A stretch of DNA of 64,000 nucleotides, from NCBI GenBank assembly GCA_020184695.1, contig JAANOX010000011.1:310001-374000 (forward strand), read 5' to 3'. Made by a program: the position numbers and the translations under genes. Below the pieces are notes generated by a model. The model searched no databases and was not told where the DNA came from. It saw only the letters and a list, made by a program, of their open reading frames with translations. Source of the DNA: Histomonas meleagridis 2922-C6/04-290x (lineage: Eukaryota; Protista; Parabasalia). Numbering within the stretch: position 1 is the stretch's first letter; every line of letters starts with the position of its first letter. This document shows positions 42,703 through 58,398 of this stretch, one piece after another.

Positions 42703-45700
42703 TTATTTCTCCTTGAGTAATTCCTCAGGTACTGATTCATAGCAAATCATCTTCGGGCTAATCATTGGCATTTCACCGTATGGTTGAATTATCATACCAT
42801 AATTCAAACTTCCACAATCTTTTCCGCTAGTTGTTTTCAGGTTCAACCAACCAGTAACAGGTACTCCGACTTGCATTGCATTAATTGGGATTGCGATGAC
42901 ATCTGAAATTTCTTTAGATTTTGTTACGTTTTTGTCGAATAATTTAACTTCAACAGCATCGTCCATTGTTGTTAAAACGAATGAGAACACACTTCCCCAT
43001 TGAGGAGTTTGTGTATTATCACATACACTTGACGTTACTGAATAGATATCAGATGAAAGCTTCAAAGAACAATAACAATCATTCTTTGATAATTTGTCAA
43101 CTTTTGGAATGTTAATTGCTTCCATAAGAACGAAATGAAGTTGAAGTGGTATAAATGGCTGTGGAACAAATGCCTTTTGAAGTGGTGCTGCAAGATGTAA
43201 TGATATATTAATATTTTGACCTCCAGTTCTAAAGTTTATTGTTGTATCTTTAGTTAACCCAAATCCTACGTCCATAAGTCTGAATGTTTCTTTATCAATA
43301 ACTTGATCTTCTTTATAGCTATTGAAACGGATAAGTTCAAATAATAACATAGCAGTATTAAGTCCTATTACGTCAATTCCTATGATATCACTTTTACCTT
43401 GTTGTTTAGATATAATTCTTGAATATGCATAAGTTGTTGATTTTTGATTAAGGAATGAAACTCTAATATAATAATAATGTAGAAGTTGTGTATTATTTAC
43501 CTTCATGTATACATGCATATTCTCACTTTCACCAGGTGAAATAGGTTGAGGATTAAATGGTACACCATCATGTGGGATAAGTTGATATTGTACTTGTACA
43601 TGTCCTGGATTTAAGTCTAATTCATTTGTATATACTTTATTGAGTTCTAAATTCGTGAGTGGAATACTTTGAGGTTTAGTTTTTTCTTCAGTATGTTCAA
43701 GTGAATATTGACATAATGATATATTAAGTTTATCATTTGGCATAGGAATATATTCAAAGTCATCTGAAAATGCATTTCGTATTGTTGAATATGATGGATT
43801 TAAATCACTTTCAAGTTTGACATTTAATAATGAATTAAATCCAAGTGAACCTGAATTACCAATAACACGAACATTAAGTCGATTCATATTAAATGGTGCG
43901 TCAACGTATGATGTTTGACCAGGTGCTGTAATTTGATATATTATTTGAAGCTTAGTATTTTTATGAGTTATATCACGATGTTGTACAACACCAAGTTTAT
44001 TTTGATTATAATATATATATTCTACAAGCATTGATTTCTCGTTATCATATTTATCATTGACAAATATTGTAAGAATTTCTTGTTCTATACTTCGAATAGG
44101 GATATGAAATTCTTGATTCCAAATTGGAGATTTATTATTTTCAATAGCTCTTGTGCTTTGTTCAAATGTTTTTGATTTTAATTTTACATAAGGTATAACA
44201 AATTCATTGTTAGAAAGATTATAACCTCTGGTTATTATAACATGCATCATATATTTATCTTCTGTAACTTTATCATATACTTCAACAAAATCAGTAAATT
44301 TAGGTGTGCCTTCAATTACAAGTTGATAACGAACAAATATTTTGTTTTTGTCTTCAAGTGTTAACCAGTTTTGATAAGTTTTTCCTATTTCAAGTTCACA
44401 TAATTGAAGTGTAGTTTTTGTAATTTGTTTAGAATCTTTATCATTAATTTTATCCATAACATAAAATGTTATAGAATCTGTTTGAGGATTAGTAATATAA
44501 TATTCAATAAATTGATACCATTGTGGTGTTGAAGTTTTATGTAATATACTTGTACATGAACCAACTTTCACATCATTTATTCCAACTTTACAATATGGAT
44601 TATATTTAGATAATATTCCTGGAGTTATTTGTCCAATAATTGCTTCATTTACTTGTAGATAAAGCTTATGAAGTGTAAATGGTTGTTGATCAACAAATGG
44701 AATTTGTCCTGGTGCTGTAACATGTATTCTAATATGTAATTGTGCGTTACCTTTAAATGTTAACCATTCATCAAATACAATTGAACGTGGGAATTCCGAT
44801 ACATATTTCCTAAATTTACCAATTAAATCATCTTTTGAAACATGATAATCATAGTCATAAAGTTTAATTTTGAGTTTATCCCATTGATAACTTCTAATTT
44901 CTCTTGAAACTATATAATTCCATTTAGGATGTAATGTATTTCGAATTACTGGTGTATAGAAATCTTTATCTGAGAAACTAATCTTACAATAAGGATCAGC
45001 AGAATTATCAACATCTTGTGCTTCAATTCCGACTGCTTCAATAAAGTGCATATGAATCATATAATTTGAATATGATTTAAGTGGTGGTGGAGTATTAAAT
45101 TGTTGTCCAATAAAGTATTCTTGACCAATTGGAAGAATTTGGCCAAAGCATCGAATGTCTTCATCAGAAAGATCAACAACTTGTCCAATAGTCATATTCG
45201 ATAATGATATTATCTTTTCACATACTTTAACTGGTTCAACTCGTTCAAGAATTGGTGATGGGATCTTATAACCAGTTAATATTAATTTATCACGATTCAA
45301 ATCAGTAATAATAAATGAAAAGTTTTCTTCCCATGTAAAATCAATTCTGTTAGTTGTTGATTCACAATATAAATCATTCTCAAGTTGTAAACGGAAGAAC
45401 ATTTCATTGTTGCCTTCCTTATTACTTTCAACTGGTTTAAGATATTGTGAAATATGGAAATGAAGTTGATTAGGTACAAATAATTGTTCAATAAATGGCG
45501 TTTGTCCTTCAGCTGCAATATGATAACGAAGTGTAACACTTCCTAATCGAGAATGATCATGATAACCTGAAAGTTTAATTGTTTCATAGTATACTTTTCC
45601 ACATTGAAGTGAATTTAATGGAATTAAATGTGATGAAAGTTTAGTATCAACACCAACATTACTATCATAAAATGTAAGTTTAAATGTATCTGTTGATAAA

Positions 45701-48700
45701 CTTGGAATATCTAAGCGGAAATATTGATTATAGTATGGGAAGCTGGATTTATCAATGGTTCGTGTAGTAAATGTTGTGTTTTTCCTTCCAATAAATTCAA
45801 GTTTAGCATATGGATTAATCTTTTGTGTGCTGAGATTGCTGGCAGATATAATGTGAACATGGAATTGTGTTCCTGTTGATGGTGATTGAAGAGGTTGTGG
45901 TGCATATGGAGCTGTATCTAATGTTAATGTATTCATTGGATCAACAAGAACTTTAAGATGAATTTGACCATAATTTTCACTTGATTTAACTGTCGGTTCA
46001 AGTGTGTAATATTCATCATAAATTAAATTAGGTTCAAATTTAGATAATGGTAATTTCAATTGACATATTGATCGATCTTTAACATTACCTTCATCATATA
46101 CTTCAACAATAAGATCATCAGTGGTTTGTGAATTCATTATAAATGACATGTTTTGGAACCATTGTGGTGTAGAACTGTCTTGAATAGCTTTAGTTTTGGC
46201 TTTAGTGATATCATGCTCAAGTGAGACTTTACAGAAGCAATCGTTTTTAGTTACCTTGTCAACTCGTGGTAAATCAAATGCATCATGAATACAGACATGA
46301 ACTTTGCCTGGTTTAATTTGATGTTCAACAAATGCATATTGATTAAAATCTGTCACTTGTGAGACAATATGAATTTCACCTGTACGATTACTTACTGGTA
46401 ACCATTCATCTTTAATAATTCCATTGCCCATGTCTGAAACTTTATATGTAAATGTACATAATTTATCATCTTTATTGTTCTTATCATAATCATATAATAC
46501 AACTTTAATAATATCTGTACCAAAACTATCAATTGGAATATGGAATATTTGATTAAATGTCGGATTTAATGATTTGAAGATAACTCGTGTCATAGAAATA
46601 TATTTCTTATTAGTATCATTCTTCTTTTCTTTAAGTTTTTCACGTGTTGTTGTAAAGTGCATATATTTTTAACATATGCATCAGTGAGACCTCGTGGTCC
46701 ATCTGCACGTGGTAAATTACATGCTTCTTTAATATGAAATGCGCATATCGTTGTTCACCAATAAATGGAATAATAGTTGGTTGATTATATGTAAATGGTG
46801 TGTTAATAGGTAATATAGTTATTAATACTTTACATTTACATGTAATAGAACCTTTGAGTTCAACTTCTTGTTCAACTGTTTGACCTTGTTGAATAGATTC
46901 TAATAATAATAATCCTTTAGAAATATTCTTAGATGTAATAATTTTACCTTCTTGATATTGTTCATTAAGATTAATTTGAATCTTATCATTACTTGGATCT
47001 GTTAATATAAAGCGTGATTCCATATTAAATAATCCAGTATTTGATACTAATGATGGTTCTGATTTAATCTCATCTTCTAATTGAACATCACAGAAATAAT
47101 TAGTTTTATCTTTAAGTCCTTGAATTTCTGTTAATCGGAAATGTGCTTCAAATGGTATAAATGGATTTTGAACAAATGGAATATCACCTTTGTTAGTTAA
47201 ATGATAAATGACATGAAGTGTACCACCTTTGGATGACCCAAATGAATTCAAATCAATATATTGATCATATACAACTCCTGGTTCAATAGAACGTAATAAA
47301 AATGATGTATATGAAATCGCTTTGTCTTTATCATATAATGTAATCTTAAATTCATCACTATTTAAAATAACTTTATCAAATGTAAATGTTTGATTCCAAT
47401 ATGGCATACTAGAATTCTCAATAAGTCGCGTCTTTTGAATAGTTTTTATCACGTCCAACAAATTCTAATTTACAATATGGATTAACCGTACCAATAATTT
47501 TAGATTTGGCATTAGATAAATCAATGATTTTAATATTAAATTGAACATTACCTGCTGGCTTAAGTGATGGTTTATGTGCATATGATGCTGTATCTAATGT
47601 TAATGTATTCAGTGGATCAACAAGAACTTTAAGATGAATTTGTCCTTTCATTTCTTTAGTTTCAACTGTCGGTTCAAGTGAATAATAATCATCATAAATT
47701 AAATTAGGTTCAAATGTAGATAATGGTAATTTCAATTGACATATTGATCGATCTTTAACATTACCTTCATCAAAGATTTCAACTTTAAGAATATCAGTAG
47801 TTTGTGAATTCATTATAAATGACATGTTTTGGAACCATTGTGGTGTAGAACTATCTTGAATAGCAATGGTATTAGTAGTACTAATATCATGTTCAAGTGA
47901 TACTTTACAGAAACAATCGTTTTCACTCGTTTTATCAACTCGTGGTAAATCAAATGCATCATGAATACAGACATGAACTTTGCCTGGTTTAATTTGATGT
48001 TCAACAAATGCATATTGATTAAAATCTGTCACTTGTGAGACAATATGAATTTCACCTGTACGATTACTTACTGGTAACCATTCATCTTTAATAATTCCAT
48101 TGCCCATGTCTGAAACTTTATATGTAAATGTACATAATTTATCATCTTTTATTGTTCTTATCATAATCATATAATACAACTTTAATAATATCTGTACCAA
48201 AACTATCAATTGGAATATGGAATATTTTGATTAAATGTCGGATTTAATGATTTGAAGATAACTCGTGTCATAGAAATATATTTCTTATTAGTATCATTCT
48301 TCTTTTCTTTTAGTTTTTCACGTGTTGTTGTAAGTGCATATATTTTAACATATGCATCAGTGAGACCTCGTGGTCCATCTGCACGTGGTAAATTACGTGC
48401 TTCTTTAATATAGAAATGCGCATATCGTTGTTCACCAATAAATGGAATAATAGTTGGTTGATTATATGTAAATGGTGTGTTAATAGGTAATATAGTTATT
48501 AATACTTTACATTTACATGTAATAGAACCTTTGAGTTCAACTTCTTGTTCAACTGTTTGACCTTGTTGAATAGATTCTAATAATAATAATCCTTTAGAAA
48601 TATTCTTAGATGTAATAATTTTACCTTCTTGATATTGTTCATTAAGATTAATTTGAATCTTATCATTACTTGGATCTGTTAATATAAAGCGTGATTCCAT

Positions 48701-51700
48701 ATTAAATAATCCAGTATTTGATACTAATGATGGTTCTGATTTAATCTCATCTTCTAATTGAACATCACAGAAATAATTAGTTTTATCTTTAAGTCCTTGA
48801 ATTTCTGTTAATCGGAAATGTGCTTCAAATGGTATAAATGGATTTTGAACAAATGGAATATCACCTTTGTTAGTTAAATGATAAATGACATGAAGTGTAC
48901 CACCTTTGGATGACCCAAATGAATTCAAATCAATATATTGATCATATACAACTCCTGGTTCAATAGAACGTAATAATAAAAATGATGTATATGAAATCGC
49001 TTTGTCTTTATCATATAATGTAATCTTAAATTCATCACTATTTAAAATAACTTTATCAAATGTAAATGTTTGATTCCAATATGGCATACTAGAATTCTCA
49101 ATAAGTCGCGTCTTTTGAATAGTTTTATCACGTCCAACAAATTCTAATTTACAATATGGATTAACCGTACCAATAATTTTAGATTTGGCATTAGATAAAT
49201 CAATGATTTTAATATTAAATTGAACATTACCTGCTGGCTTAAGTGATGGTTTATGTGCATATGATGCTGTATCTAATGTTAATGTATTCAGTGGATCAAC
49301 AAGAACTTTAAGATGAATTTTTCCATTTGTATCTTTGATTTTATCATTAGATCCCTCTAAATTATAATAATCATCATAAATTAAATTAGGTTCAAATGTA
49401 GATAATGGTAATTTCAATTGACATATTGATCGATCTTTAACATTACCTTCATCAAAGATTTCAACTTTAAGAATATCAGTAGTTTGTGAATTCATTATAA
49501 ATGACATGTTTTGGAACCATTGTGGTGTAGAACTATCTTGAATAGCAATGGTATTAGTAGTACTAATATCATGTTCAAGTGATACTTTACAGAAACAATC
49601 GTTTTCACTCGTTTTATCAACTCGTGGTAAATCAAATGCATCATGAATACAGACATGAACTTTGCCTGGTTTAATTTGATGTTCAACAAATGCATATTGA
49701 TTAAAATCTGTCACTTGTGAGACAATATGAATTTCACCTGTACGATTACTTACTGGTAACCATTCATCTTTAATAATTCCATTGCCCATGTCTGAAACTT
49801 TATATGTAAATGTACATAATTTATCATCTTTATTGTTCTTATCATAATCATATAATACAACTTTAATAATATCTGTACCAAAACTATCAATTGGAATATG
49901 GAATATTTGATTAAATGTCGGATTTAATGATTTGAAGATAACTCGTGTCATAGAAATATATTTCTTATTAGTATCATTCTTCTTTTCTTTAAGTTTTTCA
50001 CGTGTTGTTGTAAGTGCATATATTTTAACATATGCATCAGTGAGACCTCGTGGTCCATCTGCACGTGGTAAATTACGTGCTTCTTTAATATAGAAATGCG
50101 CATATCGTTGTTCACCAATAAATGGAATAATAGTTGGTTGATTATATGTAAATGGTGTGTTAATAGGTAATATAGTTATTAATACTTTACATTTACATGT
50201 AATAGAACCTTTGAGTTCAACTTCTTGTTCAACTGTTTGACCTTGTTGAATAGATTCTAATAATAATAATCCTTTAGAAATATTCTTAGATGTAATAATT
50301 TTACCTTCTTGATATTGTTCATTAAGATTAATTTGAATCTTATCATTACTTGGATCTGTTAATATAAAGCGTGATTCCATATTAAATAATCCAGTATTTG
50401 ATACTAATGATGGTTCTGATTTAATCTCATCTTCTAATTGAACATCACAGAAATAATTAGTTTTATCTTTAAGTCCTTGAATTTCTGTTAATCGGAAATG
50501 TGCTTCAAATGGTATAAATGGATTTTGAACAAATGGAATATCACCTTTGTTAGTTAAATGATAAATGACATGAAGTCTTCCTCCTTTATCTTCTTTATAA
50601 GGAATCATATCAATATATTTATCATATACAACACCTGGTTCAAGAGTTTTTAGTGCAAATGATGTATATGAAATTAGATCATCTTTTAATTTATCTTTAT
50701 CCATTATTATAAATCTGAATTCATCACTATTCAAACTTTTAACTTTAAAGAAGAAATCTTGATTCCATAATGGATTCAACGAGTTATCAATAATACGAGA
50801 TTTCTGAATAGTATCATCACGACCAATAAATTGCATTGAGCAATAACCATCACTTCCTGTTACATCCATAGTTGGAAGATTCGTAGCGCCAATTAATCTA
50901 ACATTAAATTGTAATGATTCACATTGTGGAAGAGGTGGCTTAGGATCAATAATTCCTTTAAATGGTTCAACGTTAGGGTTATCATGATGTAATATTAATC
51001 TAATTTTACCTCCATTCTTATAAGATTTACATGGTACTAAATCATACCATTTATCTGTTACATGGCCAAACTCTAATGATGAAAGTGGAATTTCTAATGA
51101 AGATACTTCTGTATTCTTTACACCTTGATCTTTTAATACTAATTTGAATATATCTTTTTCTGAATTTGTTACAATAACTTTTTGCTTTTCGAACCATTGT
51201 GGTGAAAGTGTATTATCTTTAACACTTGTTCTCTTCTTCTTTAAATCTTCTACAAATCCAAATACACAATATGGATCTGTTTTACCAAGTGTATCAACTT
51301 TAGGAATATCCATAGCTTCAGCGATTTCTACGTTAAGAATAGTTGGAACAAATGGAACATTAATGAATTTAGGTTGAAATGCTCCAGCTAAATGAATGAT
51401 TAAATGTATTGATGTAGATGTATTACTTGAAGTTGACATTTTGAGGTTGTAGAACTTGTCATTAACAATTCCATATTCTAATTCGCAAACATTTAATATT
51501 AATGAACCGATTTTATCATCTTTTCCAACTTTATCATGATCATATAATACTAATTCAAATTGATCGGATTCTAGACATTTTATAGGGAAATGGAATTCTT
51601 GATTCCAACTTGGAGTAAGTGTTTTAGGTTTAATTTCTGTTTTAACTGGTTCATCTCTATCTATTATTCTAAGTTTACAATATGTATCAGCAAGTCCATT

Positions 51701-54700
51701 ATTATCCATTGCAGGAACGCCAGTAGCTTCAAGAACTTTAACATATAATGTAACTTCATCAATTGTTGCTGGTGGTAAATTAGCATCAAGGAATGGCATT
51801 TGATTTGGCGATCCAAGTTGAACATACAAATGTGTACTTCCTCCATTTGAAAGTGGAATATTTTGTTCACTTGTAACTTCATATTGTAATGATTTTAATG
51901 GGAATTCACATTTACCGATTAATGATTTCGTTGCATCATTTGAATAATCTAAACAAAGAATATCTGACTTTGGATCTGTTACTAAGAAGAAGAATTCTTG
52001 ATTATATGTTGGATTTAATGTATTTTGTTTAATTGAACTTCTTTGAGCATTAGTATCATTCTTAAGTTTGATGGTAAACATTGAGTTAACTTTTTTATCT
52101 TTGCATTTTGTATCTTTAATATCAACTACACGAACATTTAATTGATATGGAATAAATGGTACATTTGTATAAGGAATTTGATTAGGTGCAACAATTTGAT
52201 ATTTCATTTCAATTTGTCCTCCATATTTATTTCCATGAACAGGAGTGAAATCGAATTTTCCATATTGAACAATACCTGGAGGAATTGTATTTAATGGAAT
52301 ATCATAAATTGATATTTTATCATCTTTTCCAACTGCATCATGATCCATAAGTTCAATACGAAGGATATCTGATCCAAGACTTAAGACATCCAATTTAAGT
52401 TGATCATCCCAACATGGATTAAGTGTCTTATTTAAGATTCGACTTTTAACAACTTCTTTACGTCCAATAAATGAAAGTGTACAATAAGGATCTGCTTTAC
52501 CATTTGCATCAACAGCAGGAATATTAAATCCTTGAATTAAATGAACATGAAGTGTTAATTTATCACTTGCTGGAAGTGGTGGAGGAGGCACAGGAGTTCC
52601 TTGCCATGCAGGTATATCTGATGGAGAAATGTGAATCTTTAATTTAATTTTTCCTGCATTTTTAACATTTTTAGCTGGCTTCATATCAAACCATTGATTA
52701 TAAATATAACCAATTTCAAAGCCTTTTAATGGTAATGTAAGATAACCCATATCTTCATCTTTGAGTTTATCTTTATCTCTCATTACAATATTTAAGCAAT
52801 CATTTTGTAAAGATGTAATCAAGAAGTCATAATTAATCCACCATTGAGGTGATAATGTATTTTCTTCAACAAATGTTACTTTAGGACGAACATCATTTGA
52901 GATTGTTATTGAACAATATGGATCACTTAAAGAACCAATATCCATCTTTGGTAAATCTTTAGCTTCACATACACATAAATGTGCAACATAAGGTTTAAAT
53001 GGTTGTTCATAAAATGCAACTTGCCCAGCATCTGCAAGATGTATAATCATATGTACTTTTCCTCCTTTTTTAACACCTTTATGTGGTGCAAAATCAAACC
53101 ATCTATCTAATACAACTCCAGGTTGTAATTGCGAAATGTCAAGCATATATTTACCAATTTTATCATCACCACCAACTTCATCATAATCGAAAAGTCCAAT
53201 TTTCATTGTATCTGTTCCAATACTTTTAACTTCGAAATGAAAATCTTGATTCCAAACAGGTGTTAATGTCTTCTTAATGATCTTTGATTTTACTGGTTTA
53301 TCTTTTCTTCCTAACATTGCAAATTTAACATATGGATCACTTTTACCATTAAGATCCATTGCTGGAATATCTGTACCTTCAATCAAACGAATATTTAATG
53401 TAACAGTATTACCAATATATCCATCTGGCTGTAATAATGGAAGTCCAGGAAATGCTGGTTTTCCATATTCTTCACGATTAAATATAAGTGAAATCTTTGA
53501 TTTTGTTTTTGGTAAATCATAAGTCTTTTCAACATTTTTACCAAGTGCAAAATCTGAAAATGGTAAAGTTAATATTGATAATTGTTGTTCCTTTTTATTT
53601 GTTGTCCATAATTCAACGATAAATTTATCTTCTAAACCATCAGTAACATAGAAATGAAATTCTTCATTCCATTTATTATCTGATTTAACTTTAGTTGATT
53701 GATATTTCTTATCATTTGAATAATAAAGTCTGAAATATGCATCAGGCCCACAATTTTGACCTGTTAAAACACGTACATGGAACATTTGAAACATAAATTG
53801 AGCTGGAACAAATGGAACATCTGTTTTCCTTGCAAGATGATATTCTAAATATAATTTTCCTCTATATTTATTTGGATTACTTGATTTTGTAATATTAAAT
53901 TCACCATTATTAATAATTCCTGGTTGAATTGTATAAATTGGAATTTGTACATGTCCAATTACATCATCTTTTCCTACTGCATCATGATCATAAACATCGA
54001 TATTTAATATATCTGTTGATACACTTAAAACATTTAATGCAAAGAATTCATTCCAAACTGGATTTAATTCTTTATGAATTGTTGATGTCTTTTCTTTCTT
54101 ATTCTTTTGATCATTCATCATTAAAACACAATATGGATCACTAAAACCATTTGAATCCATTGCTGGTAAATCAACAGCACGAACAACATTGACATAAAGT
54201 GTAAGACCCGAATCAAATGGTTTTAATTCTTTTGTAGTTTTAGGCTTTTCTTTACGTGATTTATGTTTCTTATAATGACCAGAACTTGATTTTCCATGAT
54301 GTTCTTTCTTATGCTTCGATTTTTCTTGTTTCATTCTTTCTAATTTAAGTTTATGTTGTTTAATTCTTTCATTCCTTTGTGATTCGTCAAGTGATCTAAA
54401 TGAAATACCTTGGAATGGTGTAACACCATCAAGAACGAAATCGAAATAAATATGTAAATCACCTCCATAATCTACACCTTTAACTGGATTTAATGTTACC
54501 CAAAGATCTTTAACGCCAGGTTCAGAGAATATTTCTAATGGAATATCAACAGATCCGATTGGTCTATCTTTTCCTACATTAGAATCTAACATTTCCACTT
54601 GAAATACTTGAGTTACTACATCATGACATGTATAAATAAATGTTTGATTCCATACTGGATACATTGTATCATCTTGAACTGATGTTTTATCCCAATTTTT

Positions 54701-56005
54701 GTTTTTATTTAATTTCACTTTACAATATGCATCAGTTTTTCCAAACGTATCCATTTTAGGGATATTTAATGCTTCCATAACATGTACATAAAGATTACCG
54801 AATTGTAATTGCATTGGTGTAAATGGTGCAAGTCCTTCTGGAACTAATTGATACATAATATGCATTGAACCATTTGATGTTGAACTATTTTTATAAATTT
54901 CAACCCATTTATCAACAAATCCACAACTTTTAAGTTCATTTCCTGGAATTCTAATGCTTCCAATAAGATCATCTTTGCCAACTCCATCATAATCATAAAC
55001 TTCAATGACATAAGTAGAAGTATCAACATTAGAAACATTAAATGAGAATACAGAGTTCCAACGTGGGTTTAATGTCTTTTTGATTATTCTTGTCTTCTTT
55101 TTGTTTGCTGAATCTGATGTATCATAAATAACACAATATGGATCACTAGAATTTCCAATGTCCATTGCTTTAAGGTTCTTAATTTCAACGATCTTGAAAA
55201 AGGCTTGAAGTGAATCTGGTGGTGAAACAGGATCTTCAAGTTCTCCTGCAAATGGAATATCTTGAATTGCACATGGATGGATAGCGAGTCTGATTTGGCC
55301 GATCTTTTTGTTTTCTTTGACAGACATCAAGTCAAACCATTGCTTGGTTACGGTTCCTGGTTGAAGTGCGCTAAGTTGTATTGAAGTAGTTGCAATTGAT
55401 TCTTTTTCATTTATTGATACTTTGATTATTTTTTCATCAAACGTACATGTAATAAATGTAAATTCTTGTTCCCATATAACACTATCTGTGTATTTTTCAC
55501 TTCTTGTGCTTTGAGTAAAATTATCAATTGTTAAATCACATGTAACAGTACCAACGCTACGATCAAGCTTGGCTTCAATAGCGCGTATATGAGTAAGATT
55601 GATTTGGAATGGGCGAGCAACAAATGGGACATCATTTAAATCTGCAAGATGATATACTAAATGAATCCTTGGATTCTTTGTCAAACGCATTATTGGATGC
55701 ATTTCATACCAATCATCATAAATTGTGCCTGGTGCAAGATATTTTGGTTCGATTGTGTAATCTGCTATCACATCATCTTTTCCTACTTTGTCGTAGTCGA
55801 TCAAAGTAATACTTAAGGTGTCGTCGTTGAAGTTGTTTATTGGAATATGATATTCATTTCTCCACATAGGCTTTAATGAATTTTCAATTTTTCTTGTTTC
55901 ATATTTTAATTTCCCGATTTTAAGTTTGCAATAGCCGTCGCATAGAGAGCCTACGTCGACTTTCGGTAAGTCTTCGGCTTCGATGACTTTAATGTGTAAA
56001 AGCAT
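42703..56005 (-). CDS. Giant multi-C2-domain protein (~4,430 aa if six 1-nt indels are corrected)
   Basis: Repeated C2 motifs (EAxDLPxMDxxGxSDPY, WNQxF, DYDxVGxDDxIG). Four track ORFs join when aligned to the intact copies of the internal repeat. Confidence 0.88.
45900..50576 (-). repeat. ~1680-bp near-identical intragenic tandem repeat, about 2.8 copies
   Basis: The sequence at 50521 recurs at 48841 (offset 1680) and at 47164. The left boundary is approximate. Confidence 0.92.
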
Positions 56006-56312
56006 TTTTGATCAGAAAAATGAGAAAAATGTAAAGAAAAATTGAAATATTTACACAAGATATATTATCAAAACAGACAACGTTCTAACAAAAAGTTCAA
56101 TTGAAAATATGTGCGTAATTTGTTTCGGTTAAAATTATCAACCCTTTTTTGATCATCTTTTTTTAACCTCAAATGAGTGTGCAAACTTCCTTTTATTGAC
56201 AATTTAGTTAGAACATTTCATTATAATTTCAACAAAACAAAAAATTTTAGAAAATTGATTACCAAAAATTATGATATATTTCTAAATTAAGAAGTTAATG
56301 TTTTTCTCTTGT

Positions 56313-57110
56313 TTACTCCAAGTTAATGTTGACCTTTGTTACTTTGAATTCGTTATCCTTTGCGAGGATATCACTATATTGAACAAATGGATGTGGTTCT
56401 GGTTCCTTCTGCTCCCATTGATCTGGTGTGAGGAAGGAATATGTAGCTTCTATTGCCTTGTATGTAGCAACAAGGAAGTTAGCAGATGTCTTAGTGTTAC
56501 CAATTGATGATGTGAAGAGATCTTCAAAGCCGGCCATGGCCAAGAGCTTCTTAGCGACTGAACCAGCAACAATGCCTGAACCACGTGGTGCTGGAATGAG
56601 TCTAACACGAACTGATCCACATTTGCCTGTAACTGTATTTGGTACAGTATGTGGCTGGCCAATCTTGTTACCCCAGTAACCGCGACGTACTGGAAGAATA
56701 GAAAGCTTTGCATAAATTAAAGCACCTTTGATTGCGTTAGCAACTTCAGCAGATGTTTTGATACCAAGACCAACGTGTCCATCATAGTCACCAACGGCAA
56801 CAACTGCCTTAAATCGTGTACGTTGACCTGCACGTGTTTGTTTCTGAACTGGCATAATCTTCATGACTTCATCCTTTAAATTATCGCCCAAAAGGTGATC
56901 AATAATTTCTGGCTCCTTAATTGGCATAGCATGGAGATATATTTGTTCGATAGATGTGATACGACCAGAAAGAACTAAACGTCCTAATTTGGTCTTTGGC
57001 TGCCACTTATCTTTTGCTCCTGGAGCACCACGTGGACGTTCACGTTGACGTCCACGCATTCCACCTTGACGCCTTTCAGTTCCACCTTGTTTTGGGGGTT
57101 GTTCAGACAT
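56313..57110 (-). CDS. RPS2: 40S ribosomal protein S2 (uS5), 265 aa
   Basis: [50 protein letters not shown]. Start at MSEQPPK. Confidence 0.97.
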   Translation of the reverse strand: MSEQPPKQGGTERRQGGMRGRQRERPRGAPGAKDKWQPKTKLGRLVLSGRITSIEQIYLHAMPIKEPEIIDHLLGDNLKDEVMKIMPVQKQTRAGQRTRFKAVVAVGDYDGHVGLGIKTSAEVANAIKGALIYAKLSILPVRRGYWGNKIGQPHTVPNTVTGKCGSVRVRLIPAPRGSGIVAGSVAKKLLAMAGFEDLFTSSIGNTKTSANFLVATYKAIEATYSFLTPDQWEQKEPEPHPFVQYSDILAKDNEFKVTKVNINLE

Positions 57111-57348
57111 AGCAAAGAAAGGTTCGGCCAAACCACCAAACCGTTTTTTGGTATACCCCAAAAATCTTTCCAAACCAAAACAAAAGCAAACAACAGAATA
57201 AGCATGTTCAAGGTAAATATTCCTAAATTAATAACCTATGCAAACGTGAAATTTGTGGAATATAAATTTTTTTTTTGTATCTTCAAAATTAAGAGTTAAA
57301 TTGCATTTTCATAAAACAAATTACAATTTATTAAATTAATAAATAGTT

Positions 57349-58398
57349 CTACTCTCTTGTCAGTTTGTCGAAAAATTGATGCTGTAAAGCCTCTTTTGCC
57401 GAAATTCTTTTCATATGATCCACAGTTAACAACTTTTTCAACAAATCTAAGGCATCATTATCTCTCAACTCAGGATTCATTTCTGAAACCATTTGTCCCC
57501 ATTTTGGGAAATTATACTCTGGCATAGCTGATAAATATGCATCGCATACCTCAATTCCTAATTCATCTGCATACACAAGAATCGAAGATCCAGAAAGCAA
57601 ATCTGCAATTTCACCAATTATTTCATCATGAGATCGGCCTTGGAAAAAAGGATATCTTATAAGCATTTCACCCATTGTAACCCCGACAGCCCAGATATCA
57701 ACACCATAATCGTATAGGAGATAGCCAAGGAGAAGTTCTGGCGCTTTATATCTGAGTGTTCCAACTCCTGGAGAATATTGACGTTTCGGAATATAAAGTT
57801 CGGCAAGACCCCAATCTATTATAGCAAGTTCACGCTGCGTATGGTTGATGAGTACATTATCTGGTTTTATGTCTCGATGCATTATTCCTAGAGAATGACA
57901 TTTATCTAAAGTTTGAAGTAATTTATATATGTAATACCGGATATCATCAATAGTAAACTGGGGAAATAATGTTCGACATTTTTGATTAACAAAAAAATCT
58001 GATATTAATGAAATTGTTCCTGTTAATTTATCTTGAACAACATCACGAATATTAATAACATTAGGGCAAGACTTCACTGCATTGGTAAAATATATTTCTC
58101 GTTTTATAAAATCTGTATGTACTTCACGATATGATTTTATTGCATATAAATTTCCTGATTTATCTTTGGCTTTGAAAGCAACACAAAAACGCCCTGAACC
58201 TATATAGCCAATGATTTCGTATTTTTCTATGTTACCATAATTAAAAGTAATGTTTTCAAATTGAAAAAAATTAGAAATTGAAGAATTTACATTAGCATAT
58301 ACTCTTGAAATACTATTTATCCTGTAGTTTGTTTTGACTGTTGGTATTACAAATGGGCGATTTTCTACTTCCTGGGTTGTGTTCTTTTTGTACAACAT
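57349..58398 (-). CDS. CK2 alpha-like CMGC kinase
   Basis: HSLGIMHRDIKPDNVLI, IIDWGLAELY, YKAPELLLGY..YDYGVDIW, LLTVDH..RISAKEALQH. Confidence 0.9.
   Translation of the reverse strand: MLYKKNTTQEVENRPFVIPTVKTNYRINSISRVYANVNSSISNFFQFENITFNYGNIEKYEIIGYIGSGRFCVAFKAKDKSGNLYAIKSYREVHTDFIKREIYFTNAVKSCPNVINIRDVVQDKLTGTISLISDFFVNQKCRTLFPQFTIDDIRYYIYKLLQTLDKCHSLGIMHRDIKPDNVLINHTQRELAIIDWGLAELYIPKRQYSPGVGTLRYKAPELLLGYLLYDYGVDIWAVGVTMGEMLIRYPFFQGRSHDEIIGEIADLLSGSSILVYADELGIEVCDAYLSAMPEYNFPKWGQMVSEMNPELRDNDALDLLKKLLTVDHMKRISAKEALQHQFFDKLTRE

Noticed and set aside
46640-48209. Frameshifts in the C2 gene as another case of 17-nt inserts or recoding
   Set aside because: Alignment to the intact repeat copies shows single-base indels, mostly in homopolymers, typical of long-read consensus error.
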